This document shows positions 18,278 to 29,498 of a DNA stretch of 64,000 nucleotides, piece after piece. The translations under genes and the position numbers were made by a program. Under the pieces are notes generated by a model. The model was not told where the DNA came from. It ran no database searches and saw nothing but the letters and a program-made list of their open reading frames with translations. The stretch spans positions 52,686-116,685 of the forward strand of contig JAAXIC010000048.1 in NCBI GenBank assembly GCA_012270555.1, written 5' to 3'. Source of the stretch: Chloroflexota bacterium. GTDB taxonomy: Bacteria > Chloroflexota > UBA11872 > VXOZ01. Each line of letters starts with the position of its first letter. The stretch's first letter is position 1.

Positions 18278-18703
18278 CTAGCGCGAGCGCCACAGCCAAA
18301 TTACGTTGATAAGGAAGATCATGCCCAATACGGCAAGGAAGCCATTGGATCCGGCCACAATGGCGCCGACAATTGACAGCACAATGCCAAAGCCCAGCAC
18401 AGGCGTGGCCACTTTGAGAAAGGCCTCCGAGTCCGACCTTGCCCGCTTGCGCGTCCTTTCCATGGCCACCTCGACGCGCTCGTCAATAAACGTCTCAATG
18501 CGTTGGGCAAGCGCAGCCGCGACGTGATCCTCATACTGCTCGCCCAACTCGCGACGGGCCGCCACTGCTGCCGCAAGGTCTTCCTGCACGCGGTGCGCTT
18601 CCGGGTGATCCTTGGAACGGAACTTGCTCACCTTCGGCACGGTACTCTTACTCTCCTTGCTGGCAAATCGCCCGCGTGAGACTGTGCACTCATCATACCG
18701 CAA
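18278..18703 (-). CDS. Small hypothetical membrane protein (paralog 2)
   Basis: ARRELGEQYEDHVAAALAQRIE followed by two TM helices ending MIFLIN..W..RSR. Start uncertain. Confidence 0.7.
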   Translation of the reverse strand: MRYDECTVSRGRFASKESKSTVPKVSKFRSKDHPEAHRVQEDLAAAVAARRELGEQYEDHVAAALAQRIETFIDERVEVAMERTRKRARSDSEAFLKVATPVLGFGIVLSIVGAIVAGSNGFLAVLGMIFLINVIWLWRSR

Positions 18704-18745
18704 TTGACGGTATGCAACGAGATAAGCTCCTTCAGGTGACCTTTG

Positions 18746-19879
18746 TCACAACAACACGCCGTCGTCATGCAGCCGCCAGGCGGCGTCCACCAGCGCCCAC
18801 AGGCCGCCGCTTACTGCCGCATTGCCGCCCATGACCACCGGAAAGCCGGCTTCCCAGGCAGCACTTGCAAGTTCACGGGTAAATTCGTCACGGATTTTGT
18901 CGATGAGACCCATATCGGCAGCAAAGCGATCGTGTCCGCTAACCCTGCGGTCACCGTGCGCAAAGAGCACACGGGTATCGAGAAAGAGCGCATCCCCCAT
19001 CTGCGCGAACGCTGGAAAGAAAGCCTGCGGCCCCACCTCTTCCACGTAGAACCCCAGCAAAGACCGCACCGGCCGCGCGCTCGTGCTCATGCCGCGTTCT
19101 TCCGAGAAAACGCGTATGCGGCAGGCCATGTCCCTCCTGAGCAACGGCCAGAGTTGCGCGCTGACGCGCCCAGCCAAAATGACCTCTTCATGCGGCCGCA
19201 CAAAGGTCGGCATGGCTTCACGAAGACGACCCATGAGCCGGCTCAGTTGCCGCGCTGCCTCGTTGTCTTCCAGGTACGCACGCGTATGCGGGCCACAGAG
19301 CGGATGAAGCGCCAGCATCGCAAGATCGGTGGGCGTGTCGACATCGAACATCGCCGCAATTGTAGGCTCCAGCGGTTCATGGAGAAGACTTGCCTCCTGA
19401 ACCAATTGCCGCGCAAGGCCGTTATCACGCTTCTGCGGCAGGTCGACCGCAGTGAGGGCGCCGGCAGGGTGAAATCCGATAAAATCTGCCGAAAAGAAGT
19501 TGTTCGCTATCAGGCCGTGATCAAGACACGCAACCGCGTCGCGCAGGGTTGCCAATTCGGCAACGGAGAGCAACGGACTACTGCCGCCGCCAATGTAGAG
19601 CATTCGTGAAATCCCGTGACGCGCGACAATATCCGCCAGCGTCTTGCCAAAGTGGAAGCAATTGGGTTGCGCCGTTGGTTCTATGACTATCTCAGGCTCT
19701 ACATTGCCGAAGGACTCGGGCTGCGAAGTCGCAATAATGATCGGCGCGAATCCCCCCGCAGCCTGCGCCTTGGCAATGAGGTCTTTGGCAATGGCAACGT
19801 GACTGGCATAGACGAGCCGCTCCAGGGCCGAGCTGCCTTGCTTGCCCGCAAAGAGTACGAGCCCTACGTCTTTAGCCAT
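18746..19879 (-). CDS. Hypothetical protein with an N-terminal GT-A/nucleotidyltransferase-like (CofC/DUF2064-like) domain
   Basis: YIGGGSSPLL and FDVDTPTDL motifs. ATG at 19879 preferred over 19933. Confidence 0.6.
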   Translation of the reverse strand: MAKDVGLVLFAGKQGSSALERLVYASHVAIAKDLIAKAQAAGGFAPIIIATSQPESFGNVEPEIVIEPTAQPNCFHFGKTLADIVARHGISRMLYIGGGSSPLLSVAELATLRDAVACLDHGLIANNFFSADFIGFHPAGALTAVDLPQKRDNGLARQLVQEASLLHEPLEPTIAAMFDVDTPTDLAMLALHPLCGPHTRAYLEDNEAARQLSRLMGRLREAMPTFVRPHEEVILAGRVSAQLWPLLRRDMACRIRVFSEERGMSTSARPVRSLLGFYVEEVGPQAFFPAFAQMGDALFLDTRVLFAHGDRRVSGHDRFAADMGLIDKIRDEFTRELASAAWEAGFPVVMGGNAAVSGGLWALVDAAWRLHDDGVLL

Positions 19880-20034
19880 GTGCAAGTACGCCCTTCGGAC
19901 CTTGCCCTTTGTCGCCACGCCTCTGACAAACATGAACGGTACACAAAACAGCCGCCAGACGAGCGACTACGCCTCTCATCTAGCGGCTGAAACAGGTCCT
20001 ATTGCCACCGGACCCGCAGACAAGGAAATCACAC

Positions 20035-20346
20035 CTACATGTAGCCGTATTCCATGCGGATCTCTTCGGACATCATCTCCGGCGACCAGGCCGGGTCCCA
20101 GACGATCTCCACGTCCACTTCTTCCACACCCTCGAGGTCTTCGACTACCTGATGAACCTGGGCAATGATATACGGCCCTGCCGGGCAGCCGGGGAACGTG
20201 AGCGTCATCTTGATGTCCACGTTGTTGTCATCTTCCGAGGTGTTGATTTCGTAGATGAGGCCCAAATCCACAATGTTGACCCCTAGTTCAGGGTCGATAA
20301 CTTCCTTCAAGCCTTCACGAATGACGTCCTCGCCAGCAATAGCCAT
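20035..20346 (-). CDS. Metal-sulfur cluster assembly factor (DUF59/SufT/PaaD-like)
   Basis: VIDPELGVNIVDLGLIY, MTLTFPGCP and WDPAWSPEMMS. Confidence 0.93.
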   Translation of the reverse strand: MAIAGEDVIREGLKEVIDPELGVNIVDLGLIYEINTSEDDNNVDIKMTLTFPGCPAGPYIIAQVHQVVEDLEGVEEVDVEIVWDPAWSPEMMSEEIRMEYGYM

Positions 20347-20439
20347 GTATTTATCTCCTGGCTCCGATTACTATCGTGCCTCTATGCACCATGGTACCAA
20401 CCGCAAGCGCGCTCTCGCAATGCCGATCGCATATGCGAT

Positions 20440-21147
20440 CTAGTCCACTTCGCGCGCGTAGAGTTCCAGGATGCTCCCAGCGAAACCCGAAGCCTCCGGT
20501 GAGGCGAGAAAGATCAGCGCGTTGGCAAATTCGTCGAGCGTGACGGCGTTATGGAAGTCTTCAGCGTCGAGGTACTCCCTCGCTTCCGCCGTAGCAATGG
20601 CGCCCGCGACGAGACACGTGGGCACGATGCCGCGTTGCTTGTAGTCGCGGGCCACGCCCTTGGTAAAGGTGATCACGGCGGCCTTGCTCGCACCAAAGAG
20701 CGCCCGCCCCGGCGCGGGATCCAAGCCGCTGCCACCTGCAATGGTGATGATGTGGCCGTGCCCCTGATCCAACATGACAGGAAGAGCAGCGCGGACCAGA
20801 TTGTAGGTTGTGTAAAGGTTCGCCTCGATCTGATGCTGGAGATCTGCCAGGGTCGTGTCGGCCACCTCGCGCTGGTCAAAGCTGCCGGAGAGCAGCGTAG
20901 CCGCATCGAGACTGCCGAAGGCAGCGCAGGCCTCTTCTACCGCCTGCGCAGCATCATGCGGCTCGGTCAGATCCGCCTCGATTGCAAGCACTCCGTCGCC
21001 TTGAGGAATCCGGCCCAACGTAGCCTGCAAAGCATCGCGATCGCGGCTCGTGGTTGCGACGCGGTAGCCCGCTTCAATGAAGGCCGCGATGACCGCTTCA
21101 CCGGTGCGCGCGGTTCCACTGCCGATCAGAATTGTGCGAGACTCCAT
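20440..21147 (-). CDS. SDR family oxidoreductase
   Basis: Degenerate Gly motif (IGSGTARTG) and FGASKAAV (Tyr of YxxxK replaced by Phe), so possibly an atypical SDR. Confidence 0.8.
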   Translation of the reverse strand: MESRTILIGSGTARTGEAVIAAFIEAGYRVATTSRDRDALQATLGRIPQGDGVLAIEADLTEPHDAAQAVEEACAAFGSLDAATLLSGSFDQREVADTTLADLQHQIEANLYTTYNLVRAALPVMLDQGHGHIITIAGGSGLDPAPGRALFGASKAAVITFTKGVARDYKQRGIVPTCLVAGAIATAEAREYLDAEDFHNAVTLDEFANALIFLASPEASGFAGSILELYAREVD

Positions 21148-21172
21148 GCTTCACCGTATTCCAAACAAGAGA

Positions 21173-22141
21173 CTATTCTGACGCAATGGCGTAGCCGGCA
21201 TCAACGATCACCATAGCGCGGTGCATGTCTTCCAATGAGGCGAGAGGCTGAACACCCTCGCGATATGCCTGCAGCGTATCCCTGACAAAGTCCTGGTAGA
21301 GACCCGGCACGGAGTGGCCGCCGCGTTCCTCAATACCATCCTCCGTAATGATGCACGTTTGCCCGTCGCGATAGGTGATGTAGGTCTTGCCGTCGCTCAC
21401 GTTCCAGGCTACATCGGCGGCATCCGCGGGATACGTATACGCCACTTCCACCGTAGCAAAGGCGTCATCATCACCGTAGAAGGACACGTTTGCATACTCT
21501 TCCACCGGAATTCCCAGCGTAATGCGCCGCAAATGCGCCGATCCCACGCGCACGTCTTGGCTGCCCGTTAACCAGGCAAAGAGGTCGGCGTAATGGATTC
21601 CAAGATTGCGCAGAGCGCCGCCGCCGGACTCTTCGGGTTGCAGCATCCAGGGGCAACCGGAGTCCACATACCGCTGCACCGGGCCACCGGCGTAGCGGAA
21701 GTGCCCATGCCGAATCTGTCCCAGACGTCCGCTGTCGCGCATGGCCTTCACGGTCTGCGAAAACGGCGCCGCGCGGTTGGTAAGCGGGATGGCAACAAAT
21801 ACGTCATTCTGCTTGGCAAGCGCGATCAACCGCTCGAATTGGCTGGCGTCCGTACCAAGCGGTTTCTCGATTACAAAGGGGATGCGTCGCTCGAGAAGCT
21901 GTGTCGCGATTTCGGGTTGCATCCGGTAACGCCCAAAAGAGAAGACGAAATCGGGTTTCTCCTTCTCCAAGAGTTCCACGTAGTCCACATACGGCCTACA
22001 GCCGGCGTACTGTCCGGCGAACCGTTCTGCGTAGCCCGGTTGCTCATCCGAAACCGCCACCGGCGTAATGCCCAGCGCGGTGAATGCCGGTAGGTAGAGC
22101 GGTACGTGCCAGTGACTGATCTCCAGAATCGCGATACGCAT
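21173..22141 (-). CDS. Gfo/Idh/MocA oxidoreductase
   Basis: FVIEKPLG and GGGALRNLGIHYAD. Confidence 0.88.
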   Translation of the reverse strand: MRIAILEISHWHVPLYLPAFTALGITPVAVSDEQPGYAERFAGQYAGCRPYVDYVELLEKEKPDFVFSFGRYRMQPEIATQLLERRIPFVIEKPLGTDASQFERLIALAKQNDVFVAIPLTNRAAPFSQTVKAMRDSGRLGQIRHGHFRYAGGPVQRYVDSGCPWMLQPEESGGGALRNLGIHYADLFAWLTGSQDVRVGSAHLRRITLGIPVEEYANVSFYGDDDAFATVEVAYTYPADAADVAWNVSDGKTYITYRDGQTCIITEDGIEERGGHSVPGLYQDFVRDTLQAYREGVQPLASLEDMHRAMVIVDAGYAIASE

Positions 22142-22257
22142 CTGTTGTTCTCACTCCCGGAACGCTATCGTGCGAATTGTACTGAATCGGATTGCGGGGA
22201 AACACGAGTACCTAACTGGCACGTGCGAATGAAGCGCGTCCCCGCAGCGCCAGTTCT

Positions 22258-25038
22258 CTAGTCCGCCTCACCGTTCGCATTGTCTGCTAGCAAGTTGCGC
22301 AGCACGTACTGCAAGACACCGCCATGGCGATAGTAGTCCACCTCAATTGGTGTATTGATACGCGCCGTGACCGCAAAGGTCTTCTCGTTACCGTCAGCGT
22401 CACGTGCGCGGACGGTCAGCGTCTTCCGCGGGGACAGGCCATCCGCAATGCCTTCAATCGTAAACGTCTCGTGTCCTGTTAGACCTAGCGATTCCGCTGT
22501 TTCGCCCTCGCTGTACTGCAGGGGCAGCACGCCCATGCCGATAAGGTTGCTCCGATGAATGCGCTCATAGCTTTCAGCGATTACGGCGCGCACACCGAGC
22601 AGCAGGGGCCCTTTGGCCGCCCAGTCCCGGCTGGAACCCATGCCGTAGTCCTTACCGGCAAGGATAATCAGCGGCACCCCGTCGCGTTGGTATTCCACGG
22701 ACGCGTCATAAATGGTCGTCTCCGTCTCATCCGGCAAGTGGAGAGTCCAGCCGCCTTCTTTCGATACCAGTTGATTGCGCAGCCGCACGTTGGCGAACGT
22801 GCCGCGCATCATGACTTCGTGATTGCCGCGCCGGGAGCCATAGGAGTTGAATTCCCTGGGTTGCACGCCCTGCTCAATAAGATACTTCCCTGCCGGGCTG
22901 TCCTTAGCAATGGAACCCGCAGGCGAAATGTGGTCGGTCGTCACCGAGTCGCCAAGCACGGCCAGAACACGTGCGTCTGTTATGTCGGCAGGCGAGCCGG
23001 GTTCAGCCCCCATGTTTGCAAAGAATGGCGGCTGGCGCACATAGGTTGAGTCTCCGTCCCATGCAAAGAGCGTCCCCTCCGGCACCGCCAGCGTCTCCCA
23101 CTCCGCCATGCCCTCAAAGACTTTGTCGTACTGCTCGCGAAACATCTCCGCGTCCACCACCTGAGTCATGGCATCGGCAATCTCGCGCTGGCTCGGCCAA
23201 ATGTCTTGGAGATAAACTGGCTGCCCCGCGTCGTCAAAACCTATCGGATCATTTGTAAGGTCAGTATTGACCGTACCGGCCAGCGCATAGGCCACTACCA
23301 GCGGTGGCGAGGCAAGATACGAAGCACGCACGAGAGAGTGGATTCTGCCTTCAAAATTGCGGTTGCCGCTAAGCACGGCCGCCACCGCCAATTCATGCTC
23401 GCTAATGGTCTCTTCCAGCGGCTCCGCCAGGGGGCCGCTATTGCCAATACAGGTGGTGCAGCCGTATCCCACCAAGTGAAAGCCCAAGGCTTCAAGATGC
23501 GGCACCAGGTCAAGTTTCTTCAAGTAGTCCATCACCACTCGCGAGCCGGGAGCCAGGCTCGTTTTCACCCAGGGCTTTCGTCCGATGCCGGCTGCCACGG
23601 CATTCTTCGCCAAGAGGCCGGCACCAATCATGACGGCCGGGTTGGAGGTGTTCGTGCAGCTCGTGATGGCTGCGATCACTACCGCGCCTTCGCCAATCCT
23701 TGCGGGCACGCCATCCACAGAAACCTCAATGTTCGCTGCCGGGTCCGCAACCGCGACCGAGCCGGTATCCTGCGCGGCTGCACCCACTGCAGGGCTGCCG
23801 TTCGCGGCACCGTTGCCGTTGGTCTCGGCAAACTTTTCGGGATAGGCATCGACAAAACTCTGTCGCACGCCCTGCAGGGCAACGCGGTCCTGCGGACGCT
23901 TTGGCCCGGCCAGGCTCGGCTCGACTGATGACAAGTCAAGCTCCAGGGTATCCGTGAACAGCGGCTCCGGATCGGAGGGGCGATAGAACATCCCCTGTTC
24001 CTTGCAATACGCCTCAACGAGCTGCACCAAGTCTTCATCGCGTCCGGTGAGGCGGAGATAGCGGAGCGTCTCGGCATCCACGGGGAACATGCCCACAGTG
24101 GCCCCGTACTCCGGCGCCATGTTCGAGATCGTCGCGCGATCCGGTAAGCTCAGAGACGCCATGCCCGGCCCGCAAAACTCGACGAACTTACCCACAACGC
24201 CGTGCTGCCGCAGCATCTGCGTGACCGTGAGCACAAGATCGGTGGCAGTCGCACCCTCCGGCAGTTGACCGTTCAAACGAAAGCCAACGACCTCCGGCAT
24301 AAGCAAAGAAATGGGCTGTCCGAGCATGACCGCCTCAGCCTCGATGCCGCCCACGCCCCAGCCCAGCACACCGAGACCGTTAATCATAGTGGTGTGAGAA
24401 TCAGTTCCCACAAGGGAATCGGGATAGGCTACAAGCTCGCCGTTGCGCGAGTCGGCAAAAACCACTCGTCCTAGGTATTCCAAATTAACCTGGTGCACAA
24501 TGCCGGTATCCGGCGGCACGATACTAAAGTTGTCAAAGGCTTTCTGTCCCCAGCGGAGAAAGGCATAACGTTCTTGGTTGCGGGCAAACTCGCGCTGGGC
24601 GTTGATGGCAAAGGCGTCCGAAGTGCCGTACACGTCCACCTGCACCGAGTGATCGATGATGAGATCGGCCGGCTGCAAGGGGTTGATACGTTCAGGGTCA
24701 CCGCCTAACTCGCTAATTGCCTCCCGCATTGCCGCAAGATCAACCACGGAGGGCACGCCGGTGAAGTCCTGCAGGATCACCCGCGCGGGAGTGAAATTGA
24801 TCTCCCGTGCTTCTGCCTGGCGCGGTGCCCAATGCGCCGCTGCCACTACGTCTTCCCGCATCACCGAGCGACCGTCCTCGGTGCGCAACAGGCTCTCCAG
24901 TAATACCTTGATGGAGAAGGGAAGTTGCGCCACATTGCCAATTCCAGCGTTCGCTAGGGCTGCCAGGCGGTAGATCGTGTACGTATTGCCGCCAGCAGTA
25001 AACGTCGACTTACTGTCAAAACTATTCGCGGAACTCAT
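22258..25038 (-). CDS. acnA: Aconitate hydratase A
   Basis: [59 protein letters not shown] and [10 protein letters not shown]. Start moved to ATG 25038 (MSSANSF). Confidence 0.97.
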   Translation of the reverse strand: MSSANSFDSKSTFTAGGNTYTIYRLAALANAGIGNVAQLPFSIKVLLESLLRTEDGRSVMREDVVAAAHWAPRQAEAREINFTPARVILQDFTGVPSVVDLAAMREAISELGGDPERINPLQPADLIIDHSVQVDVYGTSDAFAINAQREFARNQERYAFLRWGQKAFDNFSIVPPDTGIVHQVNLEYLGRVVFADSRNGELVAYPDSLVGTDSHTTMINGLGVLGWGVGGIEAEAVMLGQPISLLMPEVVGFRLNGQLPEGATATDLVLTVTQMLRQHGVVGKFVEFCGPGMASLSLPDRATISNMAPEYGATVGMFPVDAETLRYLRLTGRDEDLVQLVEAYCKEQGMFYRPSDPEPLFTDTLELDLSSVEPSLAGPKRPQDRVALQGVRQSFVDAYPEKFAETNGNGAANGSPAVGAAAQDTGSVAVADPAANIEVSVDGVPARIGEGAVVIAAITSCTNTSNPAVMIGAGLLAKNAVAAGIGRKPWVKTSLAPGSRVVMDYLKKLDLVPHLEALGFHLVGYGCTTCIGNSGPLAEPLEETISEHELAVAAVLSGNRNFEGRIHSLVRASYLASPPLVVAYALAGTVNTDLTNDPIGFDDAGQPVYLQDIWPSQREIADAMTQVVDAEMFREQYDKVFEGMAEWETLAVPEGTLFAWDGDSTYVRQPPFFANMGAEPGSPADITDARVLAVLGDSVTTDHISPAGSIAKDSPAGKYLIEQGVQPREFNSYGSRRGNHEVMMRGTFANVRLRNQLVSKEGGWTLHLPDETETTIYDASVEYQRDGVPLIILAGKDYGMGSSRDWAAKGPLLLGVRAVIAESYERIHRSNLIGMGVLPLQYSEGETAESLGLTGHETFTIEGIADGLSPRKTLTVRARDADGNEKTFAVTARINTPIEVDYYRHGGVLQYVLRNLLADNANGEAD

Positions 25039-25253
25039 CCAAAACCTCAATCCAGTACCAATGCTTCTAATCCGATCGCAGAATTTCCTCAAGTACTGAC
25101 TAGAGGATACTACATTATATGCTTTCCAACAGCGGCGACAACGATTGGCGAATCTCAACCCAGCGTAAATCCCGTTTGAATCGGGCATGTCGGCGGAGTA
25201 TAGTTTAGTCAAGATAAGACGTACTGAACTTTTCGCAGAACAAGGTACCGTTC

Positions 25254-26081
25254 ATGCAACTCTCGCTATCGGGACGAATCGTCGAAGCCGAGCACATCAA
25301 GACCAACTCGTCTCTCAATTTTGTCGAGTTTGCCGAGCTTGCCGCCCGCGTGGGATTCCAGGCGGTCTGCGTTCGCTCTACGCACCTGAATAGTGATACT
25401 CCGCTGGAACGCGCGCGTGAAATGCGGGGTTTTTTGGAACAAGATGGGCTCGCGGCTTCAATGGTCATGTTGGACAAACGCGTAGCAAGCCAGGGAACCA
25501 CTCCTGATGCTGGCACGCCGCTAGGCAACATTACGCCAATGCTCGAACGCGCGACGGCGATCGGTAGTGACATGATTCGCGTCGCAATAAAGAGCTCAGA
25601 TGATATCCCTATTGCGCAGCGCGCCGCCGATGAAGCGCGCGAGCACGGCATCCGGCTCGCCCATCAGAACCACACGAAGACGCCGTTCGAGACGGTTGCT
25701 GACTGTGTGGAAATGTTCAAACGCATTGACCGCCCAAACCTGGGGCTCATCGCCGAACCGGCGAACTTCATGCTCTGCGGAGAAGACTACGGCGCGGAAG
25801 CCCTGAAGCCCCTGGCTGCCTCCATCTTCAACGTCTACGTGCAAAACCTGGACGTTTCGGACTCCGGTTCATCTACCATCGAGACCAATCGCGGCGCCGT
25901 ACGCTACGAACGCCTCGTCATTGGCGATGAGGGCGGCGTCAATTTGGAGCACTTTCATGATGGGCTCAATGCGATCGGCTATGCCGGCTTCGTCACCTCA
26001 AACCAACCGGCCATCGCGGAGACTTCATCCGAGGAGTTGAGCAAACAAGTGTATGCCGCCCTGGCGCGCTTCGCTCAGTAG
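25254..26081 (+). CDS. Sugar phosphate isomerase/epimerase (xylose isomerase-like TIM barrel)
   Basis: The typical metal ligands are altered (LAHQNH, LIAEPAN, NVYVQN); GYAGFVTS is present. Confidence 0.75.
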   Translation: MQLSLSGRIVEAEHIKTNSSLNFVEFAELAARVGFQAVCVRSTHLNSDTPLERAREMRGFLEQDGLAASMVMLDKRVASQGTTPDAGTPLGNITPMLERATAIGSDMIRVAIKSSDDIPIAQRAADEAREHGIRLAHQNHTKTPFETVADCVEMFKRIDRPNLGLIAEPANFMLCGEDYGAEALKPLAASIFNVYVQNLDVSDSGSSTIETNRGAVRYERLVIGDEGGVNLEHFHDGLNAIGYAGFVTSNQPAIAETSSEELSKQVYAALARFAQ

Positions 26082-26328
26082 CAGGCACCCGCCCGGCGCT
26101 TAAAGCTCATTCGCTCTTTACCTGCACTACCTGCTCTTTGGCCTTGCAACTAGAATCAGACCCCAGGCTGCCGCCCTCTCGATGCGGGGCCGCTTGGGAT
26201 CCCGAGAATTCCGGTTTCCTGCGCTGCTCTTGTACACACAACGCCGGGTAACGCTATACTAACGGCAACAGTTATTCGTTGCAGCAAGAAAAAGCAAGTC
26301 AGCACTTCTCGCATGGGAGGGAACTGCC

Positions 26329-26745
26329 ATGGCATCGACATTGGTTCACGTGGGTGTACGCGCCAGCGACATTGACAAGACTATTCACTTCTGGCGTGAC
26401 GCTCTCGGACTTGAAGTGGTAAACGAGCTCCACCACGGTTTCGACCTCAGCGACGGCTACCACAACTTTCGCGTCTTCCAGCACGAGGGACCGGACCGCC
26501 CGGCACATGTGTCCGGCATGTTGGACTATTTGCACATCGGCGTGAAGGTCACGGACCTAGCGGAAGCGGCCACGCGACTCGCCGACATGGGGTATGAAAT
26601 CTTCTGGGAAGGCGTCAGCGAAGGGCACGAGTACGAATATGATCCCTCCAAGCCGCCTTCCGGTTCGTTCAAAGTGGAAGACCCCGACGGCATTGTGGTC
26701 GACGTGACCGCAAGCGACGATCAATGGCCGGGAGTAGAGCTTTGA
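26329..26745 (+). CDS. VOC (glyoxalase-like) family protein
   Basis: LVHVGVRASD, YLHIGVKVTDL and EDPDGIVVDV. Confidence 0.85.
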   Translation: MASTLVHVGVRASDIDKTIHFWRDALGLEVVNELHHGFDLSDGYHNFRVFQHEGPDRPAHVSGMLDYLHIGVKVTDLAEAATRLADMGYEIFWEGVSEGHEYEYDPSKPPSGSFKVEDPDGIVVDVTASDDQWPGVEL

Positions 26746-27839
26746 GCACGCAATACCGGGTCTGCATCATCGGCACCGGCCGCATGGGCGGCCTCATAGA
26801 GGACGAGCAAGACATCCGGGGTTACATGACGCCCTATGGTCACTTTCCCAGCTATGACGCCATGCCGGAAACCACGGTGGTCGCCGTGGCAAACCGGGGC
26901 AAAGAGCGCCTGGAACGGTTTTGCCAGCGCTTTGGCGTGACCAATGCCTATCTCGACTATCGCGAGATGATCGAGAAAGAGAAACCGGATATCGTCAGCG
27001 TTACCACGCCGTCGTTTGCCCGGGCCGAACCAATCATCTTCTGCGCGGAGCACGGCGTAAAGGGCATTTTCGCCGAGAAGGGCCTGTGCGCGTCACTGGA
27101 GGAGGCCGACCGCATCCACGAGGCGGTGACACGCAACAACGTCGCTTTCAACTGGGGCACGCAGCGCCGCCACCACGATGCTTACAAGCGCCTGCGCGCC
27201 GCCATACTCGGTGGCGCCATCGGCCAGCCGTTGCACGCGATTGTGTACTATTGGACAGACATCATCAAGCACCACCCGCACACCATCGACGTTGCCAACA
27301 TGATGCTGGGCGATCCCAAGCCGACGTGGGTCGAGGGACGGTTGGTCGATCCCAGCGATCCTCGCGTGAAAGGCAACGAAAAGGCAACCGCACCCTATGA
27401 TGCTGAGAAGCACGCCTTCGTGCCAAATGCAGGCCAGGAAGTCGCCGATCCTCAGGTGGACTTCTTCCGCATTGGATACGAGACTGGGCAGGAGAGCTAT
27501 TTCATCCCGACGCCGAGGTCATTTGACGTGGAAGTTCGCGGCACGGAGGGGCGGGCCATCTCCTGGGACAACGGTATCAACACCCGCATTGAGCGACCGG
27601 TGCGGCGCGGTGTCGAATTGGAGGAGACGACGATCCATGCCTCTGGCGATGGGCCGTCAGTCACAAACATCCGCAATCTGATTCGCGAGATCGAGACCGG
27701 CGAACGCACCGACGGCAACATCGACCGCGTCATGCAGACTGTGGAGCCGCAGTTTGGGATTGCATATTCATCGTTGCAGGGCGGCGCGCGGGTCTCGCTG
27801 CCGGTGGCGGATAGAAGCCTGTATATTCCCGGGGGTTAG
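26742..27839 (+). CDS. Gfo/Idh/MocA oxidoreductase
   Basis: YRVCIIGTGRMG, IFAEKG and HHPHTID. TTG start overlaps the VOC stop codon. Confidence 0.88.
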   Translation: MSTQYRVCIIGTGRMGGLIEDEQDIRGYMTPYGHFPSYDAMPETTVVAVANRGKERLERFCQRFGVTNAYLDYREMIEKEKPDIVSVTTPSFARAEPIIFCAEHGVKGIFAEKGLCASLEEADRIHEAVTRNNVAFNWGTQRRHHDAYKRLRAAILGGAIGQPLHAIVYYWTDIIKHHPHTIDVANMMLGDPKPTWVEGRLVDPSDPRVKGNEKATAPYDAEKHAFVPNAGQEVADPQVDFFRIGYETGQESYFIPTPRSFDVEVRGTEGRAISWDNGINTRIERPVRRGVELEETTIHASGDGPSVTNIRNLIREIETGERTDGNIDRVMQTVEPQFGIAYSSLQGGARVSLPVADRSLYIPGG

Positions 27840-27851
27840 AGGTTGATTTTC

Positions 27852-27963
27852 TGTTCACCCTTCGACAAGCCTGTGCTGAGCCTGCCGAAGTGCTCAGGGC
27901 GAACGGCGTGTGAGAGCGTAGAGATGTCGGTCATTCCGGCTCAGGCCGGAGTCCAGGGATGAC
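27852..27963. repeat. REP family B (nested) + family C
   Basis: CCCTTCGACAAGCCTGTGCTGAGCCTGCCGAAGTGCTCAGGGCGAACGG, then GTCATTCCGGCTCAGGCCGGAGTCC. Confidence 0.8.
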
Positions 27964-28108
27964 GCAACGATAGACTCTCGATTGATTGTGGTCGGCCGTT
28001 AAGGGCGAATTAGGTTCTCTGGCGGCATCGGCGTGCGGCTGAAACCACAAGTGATACATTGGCCGGATTCGAGCAAGAGGTGTTCCGCGTATTAAGGGAG
28101 GTTGAAGC

Positions 28109-29185
28109 ATGGCAAAAACGTACCGCGCGGCGCTCGTCGGCTGCAGTCGGATGGGAGCGTTCATTGACAATGAGACTAGGCGGGACCGCTCAATCCCGTT
28201 GCCCTATTCCCATGCCGCAGGCTACGAGGCATGCCCGCGTACCGATCTCGTGGCGGGCGCCGATTTGCGCCCCGATGTGTTGGAGCAGTTCGGCGCACGC
28301 TACAACGTGGGCTCAGACCACTGGTATACCAACCACCGCGACTTGATTGCCAACGAGCAGCCAGACATACTCAGCATCGCCACACAGCCGGAGCCGCGCT
28401 GCGAAATCATCCTGCATGCCATCGAAGCAGGCGTTCGTGCGCTTTATGTCGAGAAGCCGCTCTGCGCCTCAGTCGCCGAGGCCGAAGCCATCCGCGACGC
28501 CGTGCGCGCAAACAACGTCGCCCTAAATATGGGCACCAACCGCCGCTGGCATGACGGTTTCTTAGCGATGCGCGCTAAGATTCACTCCGGTGACTTTGGC
28601 GACTTGCGCACGCTCATCAACTTCCAGACGGGGAATTTCTTCAACACCTCCAGTCACTACTTCGATCTTCTGATATATCTCAACCACGACAACCCACCGC
28701 AATGGGTGCAGGGGCATGTTTTTCAGTTTGATGAACTCGTGATCGGCAACGAAGTGCTGGAAGATCCGGCGGGCACGGGGACCATCATGTTCGCAAACGG
28801 CGTGCTCGGCTATGCGCTGGAGAGTACAAGAAGAGCTGAAGTTGAGGCGGTATGCGGTAAAGGCATCATTTCGGCCTTGAATAACGGTACGGAGTTTCGT
28901 ACGCGCATACAAGAGCCAGGAACATTGGTGGACGGGCCAAATCTGGACAATCCGCCGACAAGCGCAACCCTGAATCTTGTCAACGACATCGTCCACGCCC
29001 TCGACACCGGAGAGCCCACCCGCGGCGGCGCGGAGGTTGCATATTGGAACACCCAAATCATCTTCGGCATGATCGAATCGCACCGGCAGGGTGGTGCGCG
29101 GGTAGAGCTTCCTCTTACTAATCACGATTTGCGCTTCATCCGCCGCGACCACGTGGCGCGCCAGCCGAAGTACGCTCCGGGCTAG
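28109..29185 (+). CDS. Gfo/Idh/MocA oxidoreductase (paralog A)
   Basis: YRAALVGCSRMG, LYVEKPLC and TSSHYFD. Confidence 0.9.
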   Translation: MAKTYRAALVGCSRMGAFIDNETRRDRSIPLPYSHAAGYEACPRTDLVAGADLRPDVLEQFGARYNVGSDHWYTNHRDLIANEQPDILSIATQPEPRCEIILHAIEAGVRALYVEKPLCASVAEAEAIRDAVRANNVALNMGTNRRWHDGFLAMRAKIHSGDFGDLRTLINFQTGNFFNTSSHYFDLLIYLNHDNPPQWVQGHVFQFDELVIGNEVLEDPAGTGTIMFANGVLGYALESTRRAEVEAVCGKGIISALNNGTEFRTRIQEPGTLVDGPNLDNPPTSATLNLVNDIVHALDTGEPTRGGAEVAYWNTQIIFGMIESHRQGGARVELPLTNHDLRFIRRDHVARQPKYAPG

Positions 29186-29203
29186 AGCTGGCCTGATTCA
29201 AGA

Positions 29204-29385
29204 GTCATTTCGAGCGAAGGCGAGAAATCTAGGGCCGACCATGGAAATGTGTGCCAGACTGTGCGCCCAGTTCGGCGAGTGGGATGGAGACCCAAGGTGT
29301 CCCTTAGAGCACACTGCCCGCAGAGTCGGGCACCACAATCGGCAGGTGCGGATCAAAGATGGGTTCCCGCTTTCGCGAGAACGAC
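29204..29385. repeat. Intergenic repeats: GTCATTTCGAGCGAAGGCGAGAAATCT (family E) and GTTCCCGCTTTCGCGAGAAC (family C)
   Basis: Copies at 29204-29230 and 29361-29385, between the two Gfo paralogs. Confidence 0.65.
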
Positions 29386-29498
29386 GATCTCTGAATTTTC
29401 TGTATCCCTAGACAGTGGTGTCCAATGGCCTAGATTGCGGTGCAATGACATTCACAATCGCCGGCACTGCGCCATTGTATGTTTGAGGAGTTTCCGTT

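Noticed and set aside
18743-19609. 288-aa plus-strand ORF
   Set aside because: Antisense shadow of the GT-A-like gene; no motifs.
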